A program made the translations under genes and the position numbers. From Daphnia carinata (taxonomy: Eukaryota), in NCBI RefSeq assembly GCF_022539665.2, contig NC_081332.1, forward strand, positions 4,960,001 to 5,024,000: 64,000 nucleotides of DNA. The letters run 5' to 3'. Positions 1 through 12,700 of the stretch are shown here, piece by piece (position 1 is the first letter of the stretch; each line of letters starts with the position of its first letter). Under the pieces are notes generated by a model. It was given only the letters and a program-made list of their open reading frames with translations, ran no database searches and was not told the origin of the DNA.

Positions 1-3000
1 ACTATCAGCCCCCGTGTTTCTCTTTTTCCTTTTTTTTTTTTTTTTTTTTTAAATATACGGCCATGTGGCCTGGAAAGCGCATCCGTTACGTGTCAGCGTT
101 TGGACTAAAGAATTTTTCTCATTTTAGCCGCAACGCACGTTACGCAATTGCATACCGCGCGTGAGTGTGGGGTGTATACGTGCGCGCACGGCTAAAAAAG
201 ACTCGTTCGCAATCTTGTTTTTTTTTCTTTTTGTTTTTTAATAAGCCAAAAAAAAAAAAAAGGAAAAAAGCAGTTGCTTAATGCAAAAATGTTTATTGCG
301 AAAAAAAAAAATGCGCGTCCGGTTTCGATCGACACGCAGGCGCCAGCGTAATGCTTTTATGTCGCAATAAATAAATGTTCGCATATAGCAGACAAAACAA
401 ATGGCAGTTCCGCAGTTGGATCGGTAATCAATTCCGATGTTGGATCGACCAACTTTTCGTCAGTCAAAAGACCCAAATAAACAAGAAATGCAGACACACA
501 CACACACACACACACTCAAATACAAATGACGAAACAAGTCCTATTCCGTATTCTAGCTCAATCAGTGTGTGTGTTTGATAGGTGACAGGGAGGAGGGGGT
601 TTCATGCCGGGGAAAGGTTTGTCTGCCCTGGCACGGTCGTTTGACTTTGGCTTTCATTAATCAAACAAAAAGACCCCGAAAACAAAGAGAAAGGGAGAAG
701 GAGAGAGAAAGAGAGGAATGTACATATAATAAAGTGTGATCGATTCCCATGAACATGTGTAGGGAAAAAGAAAAAAAAAAAAGGGGGGGGGGAGGGAGAA
801 CAGAGACGTGTTTGCACCGTCTCTTGTGTGTGGCAAAGGAGTGATGATATATAAAAGCCTTGAGCGCAACTAAACAACGATTTCTTTTTCTAAAGGGAAA
901 TAGGACCACGCCCATGGTTGCGACACTCCAGCCACACGCTTTTGATGACAGCAGCAAAAGCCGGGAATATAAAAATAAAAAGGAGGCCAATATCACTCCC
1001 TTTCAGACTTGACGCATACTCCGTTCCTCAATCGTGATATAAAACGAAAATTTGAATACAATTTTTCACATCTTTCTTTCGCTTTTTCATATGGCCTTTT
1101 TTTCTTTGTCCGTTTTCCTTCATCGTTGCGGTTGAACTCACTCGGTAAACCGAATCTCGTGTGTCAGGTCTCTTCATCTTTTTTTTCTTTTTCTCACGGT
1201 TCACAGACCTTATACAATATTAATAGTCCCACTAATAACCGCTTCCACATATCCTGGAAGTCCTTATCTTTTTTTTTTTTTTTTTTTTAAAGAAAATGAG
1301 ATCGGAAGACACACAAACAAAGTAGTAAGAGGCCACCAACAGTTCGCTTTTGTTTTGCTTTTTTCAGTCAACGAATCGGAACCGCTTTTTTTTTTTCGGG
1401 CGTTCCACACGGTTAAGATCGACAAGCGGCTCGTCATATTTATGCATAAAACTACCATATGTAGAATACGTTATGGAACTATTTCATGGTTTTTATATGT
1501 CCATTCACTCTTACTGTGTTTTTTAACCACCGGTAGTTCCTTTCAATTTTTACCGTCTACGGGCTCCCATTTTCTCGTTGGTTTGCATCTAATCGATGCC
1601 GTAGAGTAATAACTTATGCACGGTACATAGTGTATTTCCCTTAGTGGCTTCACGGAGAGTGTACGCTAGACGGGAAAACACGAAAAAGGTGGTGTTATGA
1701 AGCGGAGCGGACGACGACTCTCTTTGCCCGTCTCCATTATTTATTACCAAGAAGGGGGGAGGGGGGGGGGGTTAGAGAGAGAAGGATGAATGCTCGACAG
1801 GACACCCCTATAGGCCTAGGCTATAACAGTGTCATTTCACCCCCGCCCTCCTCAAAAAGAAAATAACTTGAGCAATGTCACTGTCGTGCTGTTTGTTTTA
1901 AAAATGTTGTTGTTGGGACAGTCAGAGGATGAAACACAAAAAAAACAAAACAACAACAACAACACAAACAAACAAATCGAAATAGATCTGTTGGTTTTCG
2001 TTTTTGTTTCCTTGCCGTTTTTCTTTTTGTGACCGCGCAAGTCCTCGCCGGAGCTGTTCACAGCGGCCGCTTTATTATACACGAAAAGCAGCGCTTTAAC
2101 TAAAACATGTAAAATATAAACAAAAAAAGAAAAAAAGAAGAATGTCGCGACCCCGAAAGTCCTTGATGGACGAGAACGTTAGGAAACAAGAAAGAAGGGA
2201 GAGCTCTCAATCTCATTACGCAATCAGAGGCCATTAATATCGTGAAGTTCTTGTCTTTTTTTTTTTTTTTTTTTTTTGCCCTTCTCAGTGTGACAGAGTA
2301 CGTTTTAGAGAGAGAGAGAGAAAGAGAGATAAGCAAATAGAAATAAAAAACAAAAACATCTCCCTCTTTAGAGAGTGATTTCCTATGCCGCCCGATACGG
2401 ACAAGGTATAGACACCGCCACAGTGATACAGGTCAACATCCGTCGAATTGGAAATCACTTTGAATCATTTTCCATCTTTATTTTATTTTTTTTATTTTTT
2501 TGTACGTCTCCGAAAAAAAGAATTTGACATAGAAAATGGAAAACAACAATAGAAAATAGTCTCTCTTATAGATTGCTTGGCATATACAAATCATTATCGA
2601 CGCTGACATGACGGATATATCCCACCTGCCATCGGTATGCCCAGCTAAAAAAAAAAAAAAAAAAAAAAAGGAATATTCGATGTGTAGAAGGACGGGCTAA
2701 AATATTACAGGGCTTTTTATACGAGTCAGAGAGTTTAGTTTAAAAAAGCATCAACGTTTTGACTGGAAATCCGTGTAACTCGAGTCGGACACGAGACATG
2801 GACATCCCTCACATTCATATCTCCCATCTTTTTCCTATTATTCGTTTATTTTTTTTTTCTTTTGGATGTTGCATCCCCCCCCCCCCCTCGCGCGAGGAAA
2901 ATGTCATGGCCCCATACACTCTATTACCTGACACTCCACCCTCACACAACAAGAGTCAGTTGATGAAAATACATTGGGATAGTTGAGAACGCCAAGCGGG

Positions 3001-3590
3001 CTCTTCAACAGTTCATTCATTTAAACATAGAAATATTTTGGCCGGCCAAAAATTGAATGATTCACACACATGAACCGGAATAAAAGAAAAAAAAACGATG
3101 TCTCTCTTTCCTTTTTTAAAAACAGAGTTCTGAAAAAAAAAAAAAAAATAACGAAACATTTTGGGAATGTCGGTAAGTTTTTGGCTAGCTGTCAAGAACG
3201 TTGGGCCAAAATAAAAAAAAAAAACTTTCATACGGCGCCAGAAAGGAATGACAGAGAGAGAGAGAGAGAAAAGAGGCTTGCTGCCCGATATAGACTCAAC
3301 TGGCTGGTTAAGAAAGCCACCAATAACCCCCACCCCTCCCTTTTCCGAAAAGAAAAAATAAAATAAATAACTCGTAGGCGTGCTTTATGTTCACCTACAT
3401 CCTTATGCTGCGTGCACACAAGTTTTTTTTGACGGACAAAAACGAATGTTTCATCCTCCTCTGTTCGCCCTGTCCTTTTCTTTCTTCGCCACTCTGACTC
3501 ACTAGAAACAACAGCGTCAACACACACAGAGAAAAGCAATTTTTTTTTTTTTTTTTTTTTAAAGACGTGAGGTGATGATAGTTTTCCTAC

Positions 3591-3741
3591 CGAGAGGGTC
3601 TTCGCGAAAGATGAACTGACTCCGGACGGGCCGCAAGTTGCCATCCATCAACAACGAGAGCCACAAGAGCAAAGTGATCCGGCCGAACCAGGTACAACGG
3701 TCCGCATCGACACTCTTAAGGCCTACAGCCATATTTTGCAT
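3591..3741 (-). CDS. Candidate first coding exon (signal-peptide-like leader) of an unidentified gene continuing left of the window
   Basis: ATG at 3741 (or 3732) gives MQNMAVGLKSVDADRCTWFGRITLLLWLSLLMDGNLRPVRSQFIFREDPL-G with a hydrophobic core ITLLLWLSLLM. It ends at a phase-1 donor CTC G|gtagga. Inr-like TCATTT (about 4023) and TCAGTT (about 4353) lie upstream. No homology recognised. Confidence 0.4.
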
Positions 3742-6700
3742 ACGACTTGTGATGCACAACTAGGAAAAAAAAACAAAACAAACTATCACTTGCTGCTTTG
3801 CGCGTGTGTGTGTAAACCAAGGGCCTGCGATTCTGTTTTAAAAGCTTGGGCCGAGGCGCGTCAGCCAAGGCATCCGCGACGCGACACGGACGGGCGCCAA
3901 CTGTCGCACACCCAGTTATGACGAGCTCTTAAACTCTCCTACCTTCCACTCATGGTGTGCGCATGTTAAAAGGCGGCCAGAAGCTACAGTTCTACCCCCG
4001 CGTCTTGCTTCATGCGTCGAAATGATTTGTATCCATTTTATTTTTTTTTTTTTTTTTGCGCAAAAACGAGACGGGCGGGATGGCATAAGCTATATAGGAA
4101 CCACACACACACGCACGCCATTTTCACCGTCTGTCTGCCATTCGCGATGGCCTTTCGAGCGTGTCAAATGCTGACAGAGGGCACTGATGCAGCAACGAAA
4201 CCATCATCAGTTAGGCATGCACCACTCTCGGTTGAGGGCGATACGGCCCACTCTGTTGCATGCACGGGTTGATGCCGATCAATCAATAACCATATACAGT
4301 TAGCAGTCTCTCTTTCTCTTTGTATAATTCGCCGAGAGAACGTTTCACCAACTGACTGCCCGTCATAGGTTTTGTGCTTCTGTTCTCTTCGAGCCCTCTT
4401 CCCCATTTCTTTTTCATCATCATCATCCACGCCCGGTTAAATCAATTAAAGGTTGTCATGACGAAAGGCTCTTAACAGACACCAGAGACGCCCTGTGATC
4501 AGACTGCGTTCAAAACAGCGAAACAAGAAAAAAAAGGGGGGATGGAAATCAGGGCTCTTTCTCATCTCTTTTCATGATCAGCATAATCAAAAAGAAATAT
4601 GAATATTTGAATATTTCCTAGAGAGAAGAGAGAGAGAGAGAGACAAATTGCTATAGGAACCAGGCTGCATATTTTTTTTTTTTGTGAGTAATATACGGAA
4701 TTGATGAAAGAATTTGTGCGTGCGCGCCTATATCATTTCTCAACGTTGCCTTATGTCATCCAACACGCACGCGCTGCCCTCCACACCCGTAACACACGTA
4801 ACACCAGGCGGACAATGAACGATGGGGTGTTTGTTAAGACTCGTACAAGCGCACATAGGCCCTCTACGTACGGCTAGAAACAAGAGCTGTACGTCCATGG
4901 GGTTAGAAGCTACACCCAACACACACACACACACACATACACACACCGTCGGGATATGTCAAAAGGGAAAAGAAAAAACAAAACCAAACAAAAAAAAAAA
5001 ATTCTTTTCTTGCTTCTACCAGACTTGATGGATTCCTTCTGGTCCTCTCAGCTCTTCGTTGGTGCCGGACCGTTCTAAATTTCCCTTGTTTTCTTAGCGT
5101 TTTTTTTTTATGTGTGTGTGTGTGTGTGTGTTCTATTCTGCTTCCATGTCGCGCTCGATATGAAAGGGATGTTTAAGCAACGTCAGAGAGCTTAAGAAAA
5201 AAAGAAAAAAATAGGGTGGTAAAGGGAATCGTTCGAATACCTTTACGACAAGACATTGCGGACGACGAAAACGGATGGCTCCCTATTCCGGCAAGATAGG
5301 CTTCATGTTTGGCCGACACAAGTATATATATATATCAGACACGGTGAAACAGTTACGCTATGGGATATTTAGACGGGCACAGAGAGTTCACGCAAGTCTT
5401 TGACGGATGATGGCGCCACCGGCTTCTTGCCGGAATCTTGTACCGAGATTTTGTTTGTTTTGTAGGGGGGGGGGGGGGGGAGGAGGGAGTTTAATCCGGA
5501 CGCGAAAACATTCCAGAGTATCAGTATTTATTCAGGAGAGAAAAAAACAAAAAACACATACAAACACGCTGTGTGTGTGTGTGTGTGTCTGAGGCACATG
5601 ATTTTTTTTCATTCATTAAGTATTCATCGTTCTCTCTACTGGATATCAACGGAGAAAACACTAGTGTACGGAACAAGCAAAACCTTTAGAAAAAAAAAAA
5701 AAAAAAAAGGGAAATTCCGGAGTCAAAAGGGTCACCGAGAAAGTTCAAAGTTGGTGTACACGTACGCAGCGTGTAAATACGGAAATATATAAAGTTTCAT
5801 AACATCATCACGCAAGACCCATGCTGTCCGTTCTTTCCTGTTTTGATTTTTAAATGCCATTCGATTACATTAAAAAAAAAAAAAAAAAAAAAGAGAAAAC
5901 ATGGAAGAAGGAGTTTCTCCTTACTTTTTTTTTTTTTTTTTTTCAAACAATATCGTTAAACCGCTAACACAAAAAGAAATTTAAACACGGAAAAAAAAAA
6001 TTGACATTTGATAGTAAAGTTTTTGGGTTGGGCATCAGGCCGGGACGATCGATGTTTGCGGTGGTCTGACAACTACATTCAATAGGCAGTGCCGGCGATG
6101 TTACGAATGGCTGGAACGATAGCCGTTTGTGGCCAAATAACCTCATAACTCCCCCAACGACCAAAAACCGAAACGCTAATTACACACGTGGATTGTACGA
6201 GCAAAGGGAATAAAGGGACACGTTAGGCGCGTGCCGCGTTCGGCCCGCCTTACCTCCACCGAATTCAACGCATTTGAGAAAAGAAAAAAAAAAAAGGGAC
6301 AAACAACAAACGGTTACATCCGTTTGTTGATCGACCAGCCGACCCAATTCTATTTGGAAGTCCTGGCGGGTAGTCATCCGCAAACGATAACTGACAGTAG
6401 CCATGCCGAAATTAGACGGTGCGATCGGGTTTCAACTGGAATTGAATATCAAAGTAAAGTACTCGGCTTATATACTGCCTGTTAAGAAGAACAGCTCGTT
6501 AAAATAAAGCCGGGCAAAATAACAACAACAGAAAAGAGGAAATCGATCATTCAATCAGCAACAACAATCACAAAGATATCCACCTCGCATTTGAAAATAA
6601 AAGAATTTCACTTACAATAACACGTTTTCAGCCCAATTTTCTTGTTTTCATTTCTACGATATGAATTAGAATTCTGAAAAGCCTACGAGAAAAAGGCCGA

Positions 6701-9700
6701 AATTAATGCCATTGCGCTCGTATGTACACCTCCTACGTGCGGAGATTCAATTCCGGACGCAACTGAGACAATGCTCTGATATCTTTTGTACAGCGAACGA
6801 GCGAGCGAACAACATTCATTTTCCACGAACTACCAACAATGAAAAGTAGGGGACGCCTTAACTAAAGACGAAAAACGGATCATTTCTTATCATTAACAAT
6901 TTTTCGGGGCTGTATGTGTACGGTAGTCTGGACAATGGCTGTTGAGAGTTGATGACATCGTACACAGTACTTCCGGATCCTTGTGTATGTTCTCTTTTCG
7001 TACACACACAGCACTGTCCCATTTTTTTTTCTTTTCACCCTACTGACTGCGTCTCTCCTCCCTCTTCAAACTTCGACTTGCGTGTATAGTCTTTCAGCCT
7101 CTTGAAGCAGAGTCTACACACAAGACTTGCTGGGTTTTGTTTGCCGAGTCGACGAGCGCAGTCTCTACGTCAGAAGACTATAGGGTTTCCCAAGGACGCA
7201 ATTCAAAAAGACAAAAAAAGATGATCCGAAAAAAAATGTGTTTCAAATCCAAACGGCATCGGCTTTAAACTTGAATAAAAATCATAATATTAACGATGCA
7301 AAAGATCCTTGCGGTATCGGCCTATAGTTCTTCATCGTATCATGCATAAGAAATATTGAAGCAATGTATGTGTACATACAAGATGGGCTGTTGAATTTAT
7401 GCATTTTTCCCTTATAGAGTATCGAATCGATTTACTTTGTTACTGTTGTCCTTCCATTTTTTTTTTTTTTTGTTATTCCCATCCGCCAATCGTGTCAGAT
7501 TTCACGATTGATATATACAACGGGCGGACCCACTTGTCTTTCTGCCCTTATTCTCAATTCAAAGTGCATCCACAGCGGCTCTGACATTCTGTCTATACAA
7601 AAACAACAGCAAAGGTCGAAAAGCAGATTGATAGTTTTCGGCACGCCGATCGATCCCGTTCCGTATTCATTCGACGTTTTGTCAACCGTTTCTTCTTTTT
7701 CCTTAAAAAAAACAAACAAAAGACACGCAAGCCGAGCGTACGCCATTTTTTTTTTCACGATTGATAATAAAGAGATACAAAAAATTCGGAATCAATCGAG
7801 CGAAAATTGAAAGAAAATGTAAATAAATCAATCAAATATTTTTCAATTGATTGATCATGTTCGCTTGGGGTACGTCCATCGCTAGGCAACAAATCGGAAA
7901 GTTGTTCAGACAGGTCGAGCCTCTTTGGAATAAGAAGAAGCGAGCAAAAGAGAACAAGACAAATCGTCAGTCATTCGTTAACCGTCATGGGAGCTGAAAG
8001 AAATAAATGCAGTTGAAAGAGACGTCTATAAATTCGTTGTTCAAAATCATTTCCAAAAAAAAACAAAAAAAAAAACAAAATAGAATTTAAATGAAATGCC
8101 AAACAAGGAGACATTCCAACTTGTTTTTCCCTCGTTTTTTTTTTAACAAGAAAATGTTTTCCCTTCGCACGTAATGGGATTGCGTTGCACGGCCAGTGGT
8201 AGCCTCGGTTGTTTTGGTGGTAGTTGTGTGGGCCGTCGTCACTGATATGCCCCGATGGCCAGAAGCTTAACAAACTAAAATATTCCCCTTGATTCCCGTT
8301 GTAATAGGATCGGCCGAGCAGCCCAAAAAACTAAAATAAAATAAAAGAATAAGAAATCAGAGAGAGAGAGAGAGAAAGAAAAAAGGGTCTCGAGAGAAAG
8401 AATAACAGATGAAAGCGATTACATCTATGAATGCCTTGTTGTTGTTTGGTTTTCTCACACACACACACACACCTGGCGATGAAGGCGCCCATTAGTTTCC
8501 TACTGGCGTCGCCCCGCGCCTTTTCAAATTGATTGGCATCGACTAAGAAATTCAACAACAACAACAACACACAAAAAAAATAAATAAATAAATAAGACCA
8601 AATAAATTTACTTCTTTCCCTATTTTTTTCTTCCACCCCCCAGAAAAAAAAAAAGGGACAACAAGTTTCAAAAGAATAGACAGTGAAAGAGAACAAGGCG
8701 GGACAAGTTGAATCCATCACCGGAGAGAAGCTCCGTTGCGTATGCAGTGCCCAAGACGTATAAGAAAACCAGCAGCCCGAATGACGGCAGCTCGTTCATT
8801 TTCTTAAAGCTACCAGAAGAAGCTGAAAAAAAAATAAAAAATAAAAAATAAGGACAGCCTGAGAATCTTTTTCTCTAAGCTTCGGTAACTCCAATGTTTG
8901 CTATAGTTAATGTCTTAGGAAAGAAAAAGGAGTGAAAAGAGAATTAAAAAAAAAAAAATAAAAAAATAAAGGCCAGGATTTAAAAAAAAAAAAAAAAAAA
9001 GAATTCCATTCGTTATTTTCAACTCGGCGTGAAAATGCATTTACGTGATTGTTGGCTTGTTAAATTCTGTATGGACGCGCACGTGCCTAAGAGGGCTATA
9101 GATCGGCAAGTACTATCCGCAGATGAGGAGAAAACAAAAGAGGGGGAGAGTAAATAGAGTGTAGGAAATGTGCGCGTGTGTGTGTGTATGGGTTTCCAAG
9201 TATAGGTTATTTAACTAACTGGCTCGACTCGCAGCTTCCCAAAGGCTTTTGACTCATTTAACAGCGTTTTAGCGGATTTCGCCCCGGCATTGTTAGGAAT
9301 CCTTCCGTTAAGTGCTGGGGTTAAAAACAAAACAAAAAAAAGGGGGATTTTATTTTAAATGTTGATCCTTTTCCCTCTTACGTGGAGCTATTGATTGTTC
9401 TAAATCTCACGTTCATGCTCCATTCTTCGATACACCCCCCGACGTTGAAGTGAATGTATAGGCCGAGTGTAGGAAAAAAACCGGAGTTAAAAAGAGAAGA
9501 AGCCCAAGCGTGTCGAACAGGTGTACGGTGGAAAGGACGGTCATCCATCAGCCGATACATTCACAGCTGCTGTTGTCGACCCCATCCTTTCTACTTTTTT
9601 GTTTTTCTCTGACTGCCTTTATGGACACTACCTAATATGCATGTCTGTGTGTGTGCAGTCCATTTTCTTTTTTTTTTCTTGTTTCTCTCTCCCATTCTTC

Positions 9701-12700
9701 GTTAATGATTTGATAAAACCAGAGCCAAGAAAAGACGTCACGCTTTCATCGAGTCGAGAGTTACTAACAAAATATTTCCGACGCGAAAATATGACAATCG
9801 ACACACTGAAAAACAAATAGCACGTCACGTACTTGCAGCACGCAGTTCCAAAAACAATAAGACTACACACAGCGCTCTCGTTAAAAATAGCAAGAAATGC
9901 ACCGCTCTCGCCAAACATGAAAAAAAACAAAAAAACTAAGTTATTTCGTTTTTAAACAAAAGCAGCACGGACAAGCAGCTGGGCGATGTGCATACTGCGT
10001 TTCATTAACGGTACAAAAAAAAAAAGGGGTTGTCACAAAATAGCTAATGACGTTTCCCCTCTGAAAAATTAAAAACCTCTCCCCCCCCCTCGCTGCCTTT
10101 CGCTAAACAACGAGAAACCGAAACAAATATGAACAACATTTGCAGAACAGAGTGTGGGACTTTGAAACAAGAAAACAAACCCAAAATCATCGTGGTTTCA
10201 ATTAGCAGATCGACTCGAAAATATCAGCCCGTTGACATCCGAGATTCCAATGTCTGCGATCAAAGGACGAGAACATCCTTGTTCAAAAAGACATTGACGA
10301 TTCATTAAATTCGATGAATGAAAAACATTTGACCCTCCCCGATTTTTCTAACGGTTTTAAACATCGATGCGATTAGACGACAGCGATTAAAATTGAATTG
10401 AAAAACGATCCGCGAGCCGTTTGAGTTTTTAATGGAATTAGCTGAAGTTCAAATTTCCCAGTCTGATTGGCTTACAGAATTTCGACTTCGGAAATTTCAA
10501 TCAACGACATCATGTAAACTTGTAAAAAGGAGGGCATCCAGGCCACCGTCTCCTATATATTCAAAACACACACACATTGTATTTATAGATACGACGTGAA
10601 AATTGTTCAAACGGATCGGCGGCATCGGAGAAGGGGGGGGGGAAGAAAGGGGGCGGCACATCGTCCGTCTCTCACTAAATATTTACGTGCAACCCCAAAA
10701 ACCAGATACAAACGTAAAGAAAAAGCTCTCTACACCATCACCGCGTGTATATACGTGTGTATCTTTTTGAACTCCTTCTCTCTCCTTTTAAACTTCTAGT
10801 CTCAAATCGATGAGCGTATCCGTACACACAAAAAGACGCTGGGTGTGTATAACACACACACACACACACCTTCTTTTTCAAAAAACCTTTTTGTGTAGCG
10901 CGTGAGCCTTGTCCTTTCGCACTTTTCTTGTCTATACAAAATGTGTTTATTATACTTTTGATGTGTATAATCTAAACATCGGAGCCAGTTGCATTGTCGG
11001 TTGGTGTATACAAGCGAGAGTAGCTATTTCTTCCCTCCCCTTTCTTTCTTGCGCTTAACTGTATACAACATGTGTATATACGAAGTAGTTATAATAACCC
11101 GACAGAGGAGGGGGGTGTGTGCAAGAGTAACCTTCTCTCCCCCCCCCCCTTCCCTGTTTCGTAAACATAGACAATCACGGAAGAGACAAGCCAACGAGAA
11201 CACCTTTTCTTTTTTTTTTTTTTTTCGTTTTGTTTTAAAGTCTCACTCTGTCCTGATTTTGTTGTTGTTTTCTCAAGTTATTTATTTTAAAGTTGATAGC
11301 GCACACGGAATATAAACACCAATGCCTGCGATACAAAAATGCGTGTGGCTGCCTCTGCAATCCTTGGATGAAGAAAGATTGAGCCAACATTTTCTTTTGC
11401 AATTAAATTGGAATGGAAGAAAGATTTCTAATCTCTCACGAAAGAAACCCAAGGGTTTTCCCTCCTTCCGTTACCCCCCCCCCCCATACCCTCTCTTCTA
11501 ATAATTGCGTAGATATAAAAAGACGTGTGTTATTCTTCCATCTTTTCCCTTATGTACGCGATTCCCAAAAATGAAACTTCAATCCCCTCGGATGTACAGA
11601 AGCTGTTGAATAGTGTGACGTGGGCGGTTGGCATTCTCAGGAACACGGTTCAATTTCACTCTACAACCTGCTGAAAAAATTACGAATTTGATTTTGAGTG
11701 TGAGTGAAAAAAAAAAAAAACCCAAAGACGCACAGTATAACTCCCTCCCCCCGTTTGTAGCTCCTCTCAGATCGTGTGCGTTTTTTTTTTTATAGACCTA
11801 TAGAAATTAAAAAAATAAAATAAAGAGCAGACACGCTCATCAACTTTGTGTTTCTAATTAGGAGCGCGCAAAAGAAGTTCACATCTAGAGAAGACGGCAA
11901 AAAAAAAAAAAAGGTCTCGTTATAACAAACTTGACGAGCAATTTGGCTGTTGTTTTTAACTTTTAATTTCTTTTTTTTTCTTCAAAACGAATCCCCGTAA
12001 GCCCCAAACTTTTACGGAAATAAAAATCGATATGGCGGCTAGTACAAAAAAGGAAAAGATCCCATGTCTACGTTGATTTACAAGGGAAATTAACAAGGAC
12101 GTCCAACACAAGTTCTTCTTAAAAACAACGACCTATTCTATTTTGGAAATCTGCATATCTAACTGTTACGGCATAGACGTTTGATTCTAAAAATGTTTGC
12201 AAAAAAAAAAAAGAAGACGACGGCCAGTGCTGGAGAAGTATGTTGGACCGACTTGTTTTTCCCGTTGTTAACGACAATTCTTTTAAGGTGAGAACATAAA
12301 CAATAGACTTTAGGACGTAGGTTTAATTCGTATCACTTCAACTTGAGGTCCCCCCATCTGCGTGGCCTATTCTGTCGCTCGAGCGACGCTGACATCAGCC
12401 ACCAACTCCAAACAACAGTGGGTCTAGCCCGCGCCGCCAGCTAAATGTCATACGCGCTATTCATAAAGCTCAGCTTAATTCGACGTCTTTATTAAAAAGG
12501 AATATAGTCACGCCAGTAATGAGATGCTGTTCATTGTGCGTCAGTCCTTCAAAGTTCTAAAAGGTCAACAACCGCAAAATTGAAAATCTGGCACACAACA
12601 GAGGCTCTTCAGTTGTCAGCGGTACTTGAAAATGAGTGAGAAAACAAGTAAAGGCCTTTCGTGAATGTAGCGGGAGAGAGAAGGGACAAAGTCCGATATT

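Noticed and set aside
7085..7182. TATAGTCTT...AAGACTATA inverted ends resembling a tiny MITE
   Set aside because: Only a 9-bp match and no second copy seen in the window; compatible with chance.
12374..12387. Perfect 14-bp palindrome GTCGCTCGAGCGAC
   Set aside because: A few such palindromes are expected by chance in 64 kb, and there is no supporting context.
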